Origin: Tubulanus polymorphus
Lineage: Eukaryota > Animalia > Nemertea
Length of the DNA: 64,000 bases
Direction of reading: 5' to 3'
Assembly (NCBI RefSeq): GCF_964204645.1
Contig: NC_134026.1
Span: 8,641,950-8,705,949 of the forward strand
Position 1 is the first letter of the stretch; every line of letters starts with the position of its first letter. Shown here piece by piece: positions 49,891 to 63,013 of this stretch. Below the pieces are notes generated by a model. That model made no database searches and was not told the origin of the DNA. It saw only the letters and a program-made list of their open reading frames with translations. Both the position numbers and the translations under genes were made by a program.

Positions 49891-52800
49891 GTAACCCCGA
49901 AACCCGACTGCGTGGACTCGGACGACGATTGCGCGTTGTGGGTCTCAATGGGTCAATGCATACACAATCGTTTGGGTATGGCTATCAATTGCAGAAAATC
50001 TTGTAATGTATGTTGAATAAACATCATAATATGAAAAATATTCATTTCGTGTTTATCAGTTCACGTAGTTCCGATATTCAGACCATATCGAGATATATAT
50101 TGTTTTTTCTTCTCGTTGGTTTTTCCAACTTGTTCGGGAATTAAATCATTTGTCTAACTTAAAATAGGATTGTCCATTTTATTTATCTGATCGGCAGATT
50201 TAATTTGGTGTCCCTTACAAACCCACCACACCAACCAGGAGCGAAACGGGGGGTTAATTGAAATCGGAAATCGAAGTACGGATATAGTACTGTTGTGTGT
50301 GATCGGCGCTGGAATTTACAGATATTTTGTTTTTTGTTCATATTGAAGTAAAATTTTAGAAATTTCGGTTCCAGTTCACGTAATCGCCAAGGTAGTGGAA
50401 GCGCTCTGACTTGGCCGCCATAAGATTCACGTATTTTCAATTATAGGAGTGCGTTTTTATCAATATCATCATTGTTTACGAAACATATTGTACATTTTCT
50501 TTGGTTCTGAATTATGTGTCTTTTAGTCGTCTCTACATATGCATAGCGTGTCTGTCAATCACGAGATGTGAAATGTGGACTTAGCAAGGGAATTGGAATA
50601 TACTGGTTCATCGATCCATTGCAAAAAATGCGATGGAAAAATAATGACCCTTTGAAGATATCCCATTCAAAATATCAAAATTACTCCGTTTCGATTCGTT
50701 ATAAACTCAATCAGCGAAATGCTATAGTATAAGTAGTTACGTAAATTGAATATGCCGTGTTAACAGTGTCGACCACACGTATTCCTAAAGACGACTATTA
50801 GAATTTAGCCGAAACGTTGAAAAAACTACATTGGGTCAAGGAAGCTTTTTCGGACTTAATCTTTTCGTCATTATTGTTGGATTTTCGTAATACCATCGTA
50901 ACAGCACGGATATAGTGTCTCTTCAGTGGTGAGTAATATTATCACACGAGCTTTGTTGACCAGTGCAAACACGGGTGCCAAATAGGCTCGTGCCTGCTTA
51001 GCCCGACAAAAACGTCGGACCTGGCCCGAGCCAAATTTTAGCACTGGTCAAACTAATGCGTGGGAATTGCAACTGGTTCCGGAAGTACCTGGCCCGGGCC
51101 AAATCGTCTCCGGCTAATGATATCTAGAAGATTTCTTTTGTTAAATGATCTACGCGTGCATCCTGTCCGAATGAATTTATGTCTTATTTTTCTATCGCAC
51201 GAAGTCACTCTTAAGCAATATACGCTTTCGTTGAAACTGAAACGTTTAAATTGGCATTCGACGACGGCGTCGAGATTGCGCGAATGAAATTTTCATTTCC
51301 TCCGAGTCTGATGGAATAACAACCGTTAGTTGTAAAATCCACTGACGCGACACCGGGAGCAAAGAACTTCGTTTCCTATCGATTTGGCGCGAATCTTTCT
51401 ATTATAGATAAGATTTTAAGCGGCGTTTTTAAGTGACAAGTCGCGTCAATCTTGTTGTTTAATATTGACAGTACTCTTAGAACGCGCTCGCAGCTCGTAT
51501 ATCGCAGTCGAGAATCTATCACAAAATACACCGAGTTATCAAACTGTTATTTATCAGTGACTGGAGACGGCAATTGACTTTATGCGACTTCAAAATGGAA
51601 TATCGGCTGCTCGTGTGAGCCGGTCGATCGATACATACGCGACGGTTTCGGGTTTGATTGATTAAACCATTGCTTATCAGGGAGCCGAATTACTCATCCC
51701 AGAACAGCGCCGATTGGCAGTTCACAACCGCGAATACAAGCAAAATATGATTGCTCGATAATAAATGAAAAATTCACAGCGGGGACTCCGGACTCGGCTC
51801 GTTCGGTTACTACGTTTTGTTTACCCGCGAACCGTGCGATATTTATAACATTAATTGATGAATCATCTCAATGAAAAATTGCTCCGCGGAAACTAATTCC
51901 ACAATCGAGGTGCCTTAATTACGCGTAAACTCAATTTCACACCTGATTCGATGGTAGATTTTTTTTTCAAAATTCAATGGGAGTGGAAAAGTTTCCCACA
52001 GACACATTCTCTCCACTCGACAACCATTAATTTCTTGATCAATCAAAGCGTCACTATTGTCTGGAATATGATTCTTGTCGAAACGGTAAAAGTTGTATCA
52101 ATCCATTTTTGTCCGATGTCCGCGCGTTGAGTCATCTCTTATTTGTTTGAAAAGTCACATGCAAATGGATCACCGTCCGTATAAATGACATTTATACATC
52201 TTGGGCGATGCTTTCCTGTCATAAGAATCATCTGTTTGCTGTAGTCTTTTGATGCCCAATTTATTCAACAAATGTTACACGAGTGACTGTTTGTCGTCTG
52301 GGAGTACCAGTGTTTGCACAGCACGAAATGCTTTTGCCACTATTTCCAAGTAGCGAGGAGCCAGTGATAAGAGATAATTTGATCTGTTCTAAGTGACTTC
52401 GAGTCCAGCTGAGAGTGACAAGAAAGCCGCTATCAACCACCACCGCGCTACTAGGGTTTGTTTTAAGTAATGATCTTGATGTCATATTCTTTCGTCCGTG
52501 GTCAACCATTCTGCCGCCATTACAAGTTGATGCCGCGGTCAATTTTATCCAACCGCTTCTTCGCAACATCAAGCGTTGCGCGATGCTACCGAGCTTACGT
52601 AGCTTGAGCACGAAGAAGGCTCGTGATACCAACAAACGCTCGACAGCGTAGGTCATTATCTGACAAAATAGATGCACACTTCCGAAATTAAGTCCTAGGT
52701 TTCTAGTTTGACTTGGTTGAAACTAGTATATTTAGGTATATTTACGTAGGATTTGATCATTTAATTCAACTGTGTAGGTCCTTAGCCAAGCACTGTAGAC

Positions 52801-55800
52801 GTGAATTGGCAATATGTGGGGCTTGAACCATGGACCCTCGAACTTAAATAGTTTTAAAATTCTATTATGGTTGAATTGGACCCGGTCAATTTTTGGCACT
52901 GATTCTCACAAATACTAAATCCATATCACGGCAAATTATAACAACATATAAAAACCCAAGGGAGTGCCGCATCTCATTAATGAATTGTCCATCGACGGTC
53001 ACGCACACAATCGAACCAATCAATGACGTCATATTCATTAACGTCGCGTGTGTGAGTGATTGTGAAATTTGCATATTGTTTACATGAATGCGTGATAGAT
53101 TATCGATTTTCGTCTGACAGCAAATAATATCAAGGACGTGTTACTAATTGAAGAACTCGGACAAATAGAACGACATTTGCAATAAGACAATCTACAGATT
53201 ACCATTCAATGTATAAGTATGCAGTAGAAGTCTACACATGAATTCAATGAGTTATGTAAGTCTCTAGCCTGAAGGGAATTTCCAGTACTTCATTTGCCCG
53301 GGCGATTATTGAAAAAGAATAAACCAAGTAAGAATGGTTCGAGCATATATACCAGGACGCCTACTGAACCAATGGAATGGAAATCAAGTCTCTTGGTTAC
53401 TTTGGTGGAGGTCTAACACAATTCCAGCACTCATACGCAATTCCACGTCAACGCCTTATTGATTGGGTAGACCTTTGCATTGTGAAAATCGTGTTTTTCA
53501 TTTTCTGTGTCCTGGTGTTCTACGCGTTCTTATAAAACGATTAACAACGTTTTTGATGCAATTAAAACGACATTAGGACAGTACACGCAGATTTTTCACG
53601 GGCTGGTGTTTTTGGCGTCGTTCCTCTTTATTATATCAAACTGTCGTCTGCAATTCGGGTCGGTATCTGTTTGCGACACATGCGCCGCGATGGCGATTTA
53701 TTCAGAAAAATTCCGCGCTGAAACGCCGAGGAAGCGACGAACGATTAATCACGTGTACAACACCCGTTCACGACGTGGCGAGATGAATTTCGGGCTATTA
53801 TAATTTATATCCCAATTCATCCATCATGTAAACAAGTTAAGTATAGATTGATATCCCTTCGTCGTAACACTTCACCTCATTAGAACGGAGGCCGTTGCAC
53901 GCGCGTTTCTTAATTTTTTCTTCGGGGACATCTGGCGTAGGGAAAAGATCACTGGACCGTACATGTAAACTGATCACTGCGAGCCTTCCGTGCTCAATTG
54001 ACTGCACAAATAATACCACAGCATCCGTTTCGCTTGTCAGTGACGGGGCATTTATCGAAGTGAGTCTCTCTCCTGCGAGAGCATTCTTTTAATTCAGCAC
54101 CGATCCAACGTTGCATGATTTATGGTACATATGAACGGCCGCAAGATCAAAGTGACAGAGATAAATCGCGCTATCAATTTCAATGGGGAAGACCTCTCTC
54201 TCGACGAAAAGTTTCTTCGGTGAAACCTCCCTCGCATCGACGTTTTACGTTTCATACCGTCGAACGACACAGAAACAACCACCCCGCGGGGGGGGGGGTT
54301 ATTCCGGCATACACCGGGTCACCCCTAAAACTGCTTTATCAAATCCTTTAATCTGGAAAGCGGACGAAATGTCCCGAGGAATCACCTCGAAGATCTGATA
54401 TCATATTGCTTTTTTCCTTGTATATGACATGAAACATGGCAACGAAACCATTGAATTCTGCCGTATATATATTTCGTGAGATTTCCTTGGAGTTTATTCG
54501 ATCGCATTGAAAGGGTTAAAGGCTGTCGTTGATAAAGCGCTTCGATGGACATTGCGGTCCACGCGACAACATCCGCTCGATCCCCGAGGCGCGTAATTGC
54601 AGGAAACGGTTGATCAACTCGCGGGGCGAAAAACCAGGGCGCCGAGATCGTACCCGGGACGGATGTCGTGAATAGTCCATCTATCATAGTCAAGAAGGAA
54701 TTTACTTTAAATAGATGCCATAGCGAGTCGAAGAGTTTGCGGCCATGTTCTAAATCGCAGAATAAGCGCGGTCTCCTCTGAGTACAAGTCATTGGGTGAC
54801 CGATAAAACGTATACAACGATTATGTACGTATTCAGATGGTACCTAAAGAGGTTCTCTGGCGTATATTTTACTGATTAAGAGTTTCGGTTATATTCCTTC
54901 ATCACTTACTTGGTTACGAGGTCGCTGTACCTATTCTCTACTGATATATGCAAGTAGAAATCTGCGGGATAGACGATAGCCAACGATTTTCCAGAAAATG
55001 TAGAATAGCAAAGGTTGTTCACCGATACATTCAGACACATTATCATCGATTGCGTTTGGGAACAAGAAGTACGTGGATGAACATATATATAATTCGCGTT
55101 TTCTTCTTATCAATCTAGAAATACAACAAGTTTTAGAAAAGTTGATACAGAACTAGAAAAAAGTTGTTCGATCTATACACAGAAACGTGCTTTATCAGTA
55201 GAGCCAGGAAACACATATACGATGTATATTTAAGCACCGGAATAAACCACCGAGTTAGGTATTGGGTATTGCTTAAGGACAGACTGCAGGCACCGCAATT
55301 CCTCCTATTCGGTAATGCTATTTTCTGTTCTTGTACAACAAAAGGAAATCGAAGACAACTAAGATGTAATCTTCTACTGCGGCTTTTAATCCTTATGCCC
55401 CGCATTTTCGGTATTACCAATCACTTTCTCTATGTTTGGACATCAAGAGAACCAGCCGGACGAACTAACTCGATTTTCTTCCTATCTTCTCCACTTAATT
55501 CTCATTAGCCGGTCCAGTGCTTTAACTGGCAAATGATGGCCCCGGAATCAGGCTCGTTTGATGTAAGGCTTCACGCAGCTTGATTTCCAAACTGATTTCC
55601 ATTCAGAAACGTGTGCAAGACAGATGGAAATTCCCACGCAATGTGACACTCTCGCCAACCAGTACGCTCGAGATTTGATTGGGAAATCAACGGCGGATTA
55701 ATCGTTCTTAAGATTAAGTCTCTCGGGAATGTTACACATATTGTGATCACTTAAGTCAATTAATCCGTTTGACAATCCGCATTTAACTGCAAGAAAATAC

Positions 55801-58526
55801 GACGAACAGAATCTGAAGTTTATGAACGTTTTCGTGACTGCGTGTGTCCACAGTCATGTAGGCACTCTAAACCCTTCCCTAATACCACAAACTATTGAAA
55901 CAACGTATGGAATATTATCAGTTCATATATTCAGAGTTAAGACAGGGTCATAATTACTATAAGGAATAAATTGCGACCTTGCGATCAGCTTGATGAAGTA
56001 ATAATACTCCGACTGGTTAGACCAGTTAGAATAATTTCCTTCTAATTGCATACTGGACATCTTACTTACGTACTCTTACATCGACATAGAGACTTAAAAC
56101 GTCAAACCTTGAAATTTGGCGCTGTTGTTGTGAATATGTTCCACCCAAGATACAGATAGGGTCCGGACAAAACGTGGGGTGACAGTGACGGATTCAGGGT
56201 CACGGGGCGCCGCCTCCTTTTTTCAGACGAGTGACCTTGGCATTTTCTCTTGTTTATAAAATGGTGAAATTTTGAGCATATACCATTCCTTATTTCAACC
56301 AGGAAAGTACTCGCATGCGCATCTAATGAATCTAGAATGCGCATCTTATAATGCATCTAATTCTCAAAATCGAATGAGTCGCAGCCGTCGCAAGGCCGAC
56401 CTACGCCCGCCTTAAGTGAATTCTAATAAATATTGTGGAGCAACTAAAATACGTTTTTGTGACTTCCATGCATTTGTGATACATCAGTGTAAAAAACATA
56501 ACCTCACCCTGGGTAAAAGGGATACCCGTACAACTTGTTCAGCGTTCTCAATCAGGTAACCAATATTGATGAAGTATCTCCCAGGGACACTGTAGTAGCG
56601 TGCAGGGTTTGAAACTATTATAGAATTATTGACACCCCTGAAGGAGGTAAACGGCTTGTGTTCCAAGCTAACGTCGGCAAGTAATTAAATTTCTTCAGCA
56701 ATATCATCCGCATCGTCATTAAGCTGTCTATCATAGCGCGCTATTATCGTTTATCAATCAATTTTTGTTCATATTGTTCATCAATTACTTTCAAGAGCGA
56801 TAAAATCCATCCACTTCACAGCGGCTCGGTAATCAAGTTTTCAGACTTGAAACAGTTTTTGCTACGTAGTACGCGTCATCGTTATGGCGGCCACACCGTC
56901 AGACGTTATGATTATACCTAGCAATATATTGGATTCGATTGATTGGCGTATGAAGTGTATCGGTTCATTAGATGCTTGATTTCCGTGGCGAAACTGTTTT
57001 AGACCCGCGCTCAAATGATTAATGATGAAATCACTGCCCGTGATATTTACCGTTGGACGAGATACCTGGGTTTAAATTTCGATATATCTCGCGCTAATGA
57101 CTATAATGTTATTGACATTTCCTGACCTGTGTATCCAATGATACGTGCGGCATAAGTTTGTTGGAGATGCATTTTTCTGCACCACGCGAAGACTAACATT
57201 ATATAGGGTCGAGGCATCGATAGGAATGAACAGACGTATTGGAAGCTGTGGTCACGGCATTAAGGCAGAAGCATCGCCACAGCCGTATCCTTGGGGGATG
57301 GGGGGCTTGCTTAGGAGGGCTGCACCCCCTAAGATGATGACCTTGATTTCGGTGTAATGCAATCAAATTTCTAAATGCAAAATAAATTCATATTCATTTT
57401 CATATTCATATTCAAATGCACTTGTTACCTGTAAAGATCAACTCTTCTTTGCTAGAAATAAGGCATACTCGATTTTTTCCTCAGTGCAATGCTTCCCACT
57501 GTAGAACGTTTTTTTTAATCATACGTATTTTCGCAAACTATAACACAATACATACAACGTAATAATCGATATTTTTTAATTACATGATATGATATGGTTA
57601 TAAGAGGGATACATATGTCTAACAATTCTTCATCCATAGCGTTGGATATTTAAGTGCATTCGTAAACAATTCACAGTGTCATTCTAATAAGAATATCGCC
57701 GAAGCTCGCAACGTATTGACAAATGCGCGTTATAGTTTTTCGCGCTCTTTGAATAGAAAGTCATACTTCAGTAGACATAGTAGGCGTAACTATAGTAAAA
57801 CGTGTAGTACGATTATTCGTATGAAAGGATATAAAAATTCATAAGTGCATAATTCATTTACACTTGAAAAGTGAATTCATTTCGTGTACAAAACAATTCC
57901 GAATATAACGTGCGCATAAATGGACTTGAGAATTGTGAGTTCTACCTATAGCGTATACAGTATCGAAAAGGATTGTGACATTACAGTACATTGATTTTGA
58001 AAATATCTCCAAATTCTAACTTTTGATTTCTAACGAATGACTTCCAAAAAATGGATTTAGAAATCTCAAGTTAGATTAACTCTCCGATTCGTATGTAGAC
58101 TGAAACCAGGATTGGTGGATATTTTTGAAGCGCGAAACTAACTTTTAACGCGTTAAAAGGTGCGATCGTTCGCAAACAACTCTGCGATTCCCATCAAAAT
58201 AAAGTGATTACACACGTCACCCGTTTACCGAGGAGTGCGAACGGCGGCATGTGTGTGAGCAGATTTCCACGCGTAAAATTAGCGGACAATTTCAATGAAA
58301 ACGTCTAGATCCGAACGTCCGCCGAGACAACTGCCACCCAAAAACCGACGTCTTATCTTACACACGAAATTCGATCTCGCCGATGCCCATATGCGGTCGT
58401 ATTTTATTCAGTGGCCCAATAAAGTTGCAGCGACGCGAAGAAAAAGTTGGACGTATGCGCGATAAAAACTGCGTTCTCTCTCGAGAGATTGACGTACGTA
58501 CGAGGCGGCGCGTCGAGGCTGCGTCT

Positions 58527-58580
58527 GCCAATCGAAGCTTCGCATGATTCACGCAGTCGATGTTTACAGTATAAAGCTGC
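58527..58580 (+). promoter_or_regulatory. Candidate core promoter of the LRR-Ig gene (CCAAT plus TATA box) in CpG-rich DNA
   Basis: gccaatc at about 58527 and tataaag at about 58570, roughly 500 bp upstream of the ATG. Motif evidence only. Confidence 0.35.
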
Positions 58581-59096
58581 GAGTCGCTCGGAGGTAATGA
58601 ATTTTGATGGCAGCGCCGCGGCAGAGAGATACGCCATTCTTTGTCCATCGCGTCCTTCCTTTAATCTCGCACGTAGATGATAGAGCGTCTCTAGTCGCAG
58701 ACGGCAATTCCGCGATGCAGGCCGGAACTTAATGGAATAGTAATGAAAGTAGCCTGTCAAGTTGTGACAAGCGTCAGATGTTAGCATTGCGATAAGGGTT
58801 GAGAAAATACAATTTCGCTGCCCATGTTTGTATGTATAGCGAGACGAAGGAAAGTATCTTTCTGTGACAGTGTCAAAGGATCGTCATATCACCTTGGATA
58901 CATGTACAAATGAATCCTCATATATAAGAATTAGCCCGGACCAAAGGCAAGTACAATGGCTTCAGTTGTCGGATGTCGTATTAATATTTCTCGGCTAGGA
59001 ACACAACTACACTTTCTGTTCGTGCACTTCGTTCGATAGCGAACGGCAACTTCGAAGTAAATAGGGAAATTCGAAGGAATAGCTAACGCAATTAAT

Positions 59097-60542
59097 ATGT
59101 TTCGCGCTGAGATACCGGTAGATGTTTTTATTACTAGTTTTTTTGTCCTTGCGCTGTGTCTGGTAGAAGTGGTCGACTCTTGTCCGCGCGCGTGTTTTTG
59201 CAACACTATCAACAAAATCGTGTACTGCTCGCGCAAAAGTTTGGACGTCATTCCGAAAGGAATTCCTCCCAATACGAAACAGTTGAATTTCAACGAGAAC
59301 AAATTCGAAGTTACGACGTTGATGAGACAGAACTTCACCGATTTCCGTGAGCTCGAGCACTTGTACCTGAGCGCTTGCGGCATCCGAGCCATCGAAGTGG
59401 GCACGTTTATCAATCTGCTGAACCTGAAATTCCTCGACCTCGGTAAGAACGACATCAAAGACCTGCAAGACTTCACTTTTCGAGGATTGAGTCTCGAACA
59501 CTTGTTCCTCAACGGAAACGACGGGATAAAACTGCACAGGGACACGTTTACCGGTCTGAACGTCCAGGGATTGTACCTGCAACATTGCGGCCTGGACTCG
59601 GTACCGTACGAAACGTTGCGAGCCGTGAACGGCAGTCTGACGAAATTATGGCTGAACAACAACAACATCAAGAGACTTTCGAGCAATTTCAAAAATATCT
59701 TTTCGTCTTTGTCGCACTTGAGATTGAATTCGAACCCGTTTCACTGCAACTGCAGATTAAGATGGCTGAAATCCTTCTACGATTCGAAGGAGTCGATTTT
59801 CGAGGGATCGCACTCCCCGGCCTGTAACACCCCGATGTACACGAATCACCGCGGATTCGAGAAACTGACCGTCGCCGATTTCAGATGCGAACCTCCGACG
59901 TTTAACAACGTCGATTTGCTGTTCTCGAACAACAACGGCGTGTTGAGCTGTAGCGCAAGTGGTGACCCTGCTCCGTATCTGTACTGGGTGAAACCGGGCG
60001 GCGAGCGCCTGGGTTTCATCCCGGATTCCAGAGACAACGCCGGGCGGACCGACGCTGAAATGATGATCTCTTACGTTAAAGGCAACGTCCACGCCGGTAA
60101 TTACGCTTGCGTTGCGCTCAACGACGGCGGAAATGTGACGCTTACGTTGAACGTGTCGTGGCCGAAAATTCAGCAGGCCACCGTCGTGCGCTATATTAAA
60201 GAGGATACGTCTCCCACAACGACTTTTACGCCGGAACCCGAGACCGATCTGCCGCAACAAGATTCGTCTCACATCTTTACTATGCAACACGATGGCGTCT
60301 TGAATCACACGTTCTCCGTCATGGAATTAGCTGGTGCTATTATTGCTACTTTTGTCATCACTTTGCTGATATGTTTGCTCGCTTTCCACATTACGAACCG
60401 GTGTCGTGCGCGACACGCGAAAAGGGACATACTCGAAAATCCGTACAGCGTCGCCCCCTGTATACCGAAACACGAAGTTTACATGGACAGCAAAACGGAC
60501 GAAGGCATATACATGGGAATAGACGAGATCCCGGCCAGATGA
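59097..60542 (+). CDS. Single-pass LRR-Ig membrane receptor/adhesion protein (LIG family; LRFN/LINGO/Kekkon-like), 481 aa, single coding exon
   Basis: Signal peptide, LRRNT (CPRACFC...VYC), about 7 LRRs (LEHLYLSAC, LKFLDLGKN, LTKLWLNNN), LRRCT (NPFHCNCRLRWL), Ig domain (LSCSASGDPAP..YW...GNYACVALNDGG), TM (LAGAIIATFVITLLICLLAF) and a short Tyr-containing tail. Confidence 0.92.
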   Translation: MFRAEIPVDVFITSFFVLALCLVEVVDSCPRACFCNTINKIVYCSRKSLDVIPKGIPPNTKQLNFNENKFEVTTLMRQNFTDFRELEHLYLSACGIRAIEVGTFINLLNLKFLDLGKNDIKDLQDFTFRGLSLEHLFLNGNDGIKLHRDTFTGLNVQGLYLQHCGLDSVPYETLRAVNGSLTKLWLNNNNIKRLSSNFKNIFSSLSHLRLNSNPFHCNCRLRWLKSFYDSKESIFEGSHSPACNTPMYTNHRGFEKLTVADFRCEPPTFNNVDLLFSNNNGVLSCSASGDPAPYLYWVKPGGERLGFIPDSRDNAGRTDAEMMISYVKGNVHAGNYACVALNDGGNVTLTLNVSWPKIQQATVVRYIKEDTSPTTTFTPEPETDLPQQDSSHIFTMQHDGVLNHTFSVMELAGAIIATFVITLLICLLAFHITNRCRARHAKRDILENPYSVAPCIPKHEVYMDSKTDEGIYMGIDEIPAR

Positions 60543-62649
60543 CATACAATGAACATACACAAAACAAACCTAAACTTCAACCAGGAGATTATTGAGCTTT
60601 ATTAGGAGAGAAACTGCTTGATACAAAGATGAAATTAGAAATTATATCGCGTACTATATTTTTCTATAATATGATATCTGAGATACGTGTACAGTTTTAT
60701 CATTAATATGGAGAATTTGGATTTGCTACGAACGTCTTACGAACTGACGAGACCAGCTGTGGATTACTGGACCTAAACGTGACGACCGCACGAATTCCGA
60801 ACGATGGGGTAAGTACAAACAGCTGAGGTTCATTATCCTTTGCATACTTACTTGATACTTATGCGACAAATCTGCGACGGGTTTCTCCATGCGTCGCCGA
60901 TCGAAAATGAGGTATATGCGACTAGATAATCATGTGTTAATTAAAAAATGAAGACTAACATCGAAAAACCTGGCTGGCACAATCTCTCTCTTCTGATAGC
61001 ATATCTCCGATCATAACAGATAACTGTTTACTTGAGATAATCATTGAAGTATTTTTGTGACGCTATATATGAAATATACATTATGAAATCTAACTCGCAT
61101 ATCACAGAAGTCAGACAAATTCTCGCTGTCCTTTATATAAAGTCTGACGTGAACGATGTCTCCATGCCTATAGCTGCTGCGGCTTAGATTTTATCAAAAT
61201 ATGAATTATTTATAAATTTAAACTGCGCATCTACGTAATACGAAGCGGATAATGATACGGCGGCAAAATAGTCAATAACATACCTCATTATTTGTCTACG
61301 CTATGACGTCACAACGTCGCTATTCAGATTAGGCCTATTTTCTAACCATCTACTTACATAAACTTAAACAATAAACAAAAGAAAGCTCAATCCTTATAGA
61401 ATTCAGGAAAGCTTTTTATCAGAATCGCAAAAAGGTTATATACTATAACAATGACTATATAAATACAAAAACAGGTGACCTTGAGTTTCTGTTTCTGTTT
61501 CTGTTTTTTTTCTTTTTCTGTTTCTGTTTATCTTTGGTAGATCTAGTTGCTTCTTCCTGGTGCGGCTAAATTCAGATGAAGATGCGCAATAAATATGAAT
61601 ATGAATATGAATACGACTATGAATTTGAATGCTTTATTCTTATTGATAGCAAATACAAAATACACACATATAGATACATTTAGAGAAAATGACGTCTCCG
61701 GGCCGGGGGCTGTACCATAAGGGCAGATGCCCTGTGGCTATTATTATCATTATATCAAAATGATTCTTATAATACTTGATTACAAGAATGTGGCAATGAT
61801 TTAAAGTTAAGAAAAATAAGGTTTTCCACTATTTCTAAACCTTCTTCCTCCTTCATCAAAGATCCCGATTACTGCCGTCACGTCAAGTAGGAAAGCACAT
61901 TTTGACTTGTTGTTTAGCCGTGTGTATGACTCAAATAGGCTAATCTGCTCAATAGAATCATGCAACGTATCGAAGCCATTCAACGGCTCGGGTGACTGCA
62001 GGTGGTAAAAAATTGCATCGTATCAAGTTCTGAAACGACGATTCCCGACAGTTTGGGTTCAAATTGGCAAGATTATGTTTAACTAATTGTTGGAATCTTA
62101 AAGAGGGGATCAGCGCGTAACCTATTGAGGTAGAGATCTCTTTCTTGCGGTTTATGTTGGAAACAAAGGTTGAACAAAAAATCTATGAATCGGTATTAAT
62201 GGGTTTTGAAGTGAACTGTGACAATGTATATAAACATAACGAATATCTGATTTAGAATCATTCCACATTAAGGCTAAATAGTGGAGAATATATTCGAAGA
62301 TATTGCTAGTAGAGTGATGTAGAGGACGAACTGGAATCGATTTTGATATTGGTAAATTATTTGACAACATAAGATGGGCATTTTAGGAAATCTTATAAAG
62401 AGGTGGATCCAGGATATTCAGGGGATACTTTGGTGGCCATTCCCCAGAAAATTTTGCAAAATTGGACTCTTTCCCATTCATGCGGCGTTTTTAGGCACTG
62501 CATGATCATTGAAAGACTGAAAATAGATAGTACGAAGGAAAAAGCAACCCCCCTGGATTCGTATCTGTTATAACATGTATGTTCCCATACGGTATGTTCT
62601 ACGTTTTTGTAAGGTCTTCCATTTAAACCCGTACGTATACGTAATATTT

Positions 62650-62949
62650 GTGGAGTGGTGTGGCCGAGCGGTTATAGCGTTCCACTCTGGGAAGCCAGGT
62701 CGTTGGTTCGAACCCCGTGCATTGCCGTAGTGTCCTCGGGCAAGACACTTACTCTCATTGCCTCTCTCCACCCAGGAGTAAATGGGTACCTGGCCTGATA
62801 GATGACTCCTGAGCGTTTGTTAGCAGCTCGGTGTTACCAGGGAGAGATTACTGATACATGTTAGAGTATAACATCGGCCGGGGTAATAATATCGAAAAAT
62901 GTAAAGCGCTCTGAGCAGCCTGACTGTATTTAGCGCTATATAAGACACA

Positions 62950-63011
<62 letters not shown>
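62650..63011 (+). mobile_element. Full-length tRNA-derived SINE with conserved central domain and L2-type 3' tail ending in (ATT)n
   Basis: A box tggccgagcgg, B box ggttcgaaccc, core gtgtcctcgggcaagacactt...ccacccaggagtaaatgggtacc, tail tgtaaagcgc...gcgctatataa, then about 20 ATT units. Confidence 0.88.

Positions 63012-63013
<2 letters not shown>

Larger units (their letters stand above)
37053..50930 (+). repeat. Tandem segmental duplication of ~7 kb (copy A about 37053-44000, copy B about 44077-50930)
   Basis: Collinear matches run through upstream DNA, all exons, introns and the 3' flank. Examples: ttttaacg(t/c)taacttcat at 37053/44077, and cacggatata...gtggt at 43975/50895. Confidence 0.93.

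Noticed and set aside
50016-50058. 3' UTR stem-loop after the astacin stop as a possible SECIS recoding the TGA at 49888
   Set aside because: The hairpin is too short for a SECIS helix II and lacks a proper non-Watson-Crick quartet in copy B. The TGA replaces Arg in a linker, not a Cys.
58931-60308. Long antisense ORFs (253, 192 and 183 aa) overlapping the LRR-Ig gene
   Set aside because: These are expected shadows of a GC-richer coding strand and show no domain features.
62650-62725. tRNA gene
   Set aside because: A and B boxes are present but there is no acceptor stem or T-run terminator. The sequence continues into a SINE core and LINE-type tail.
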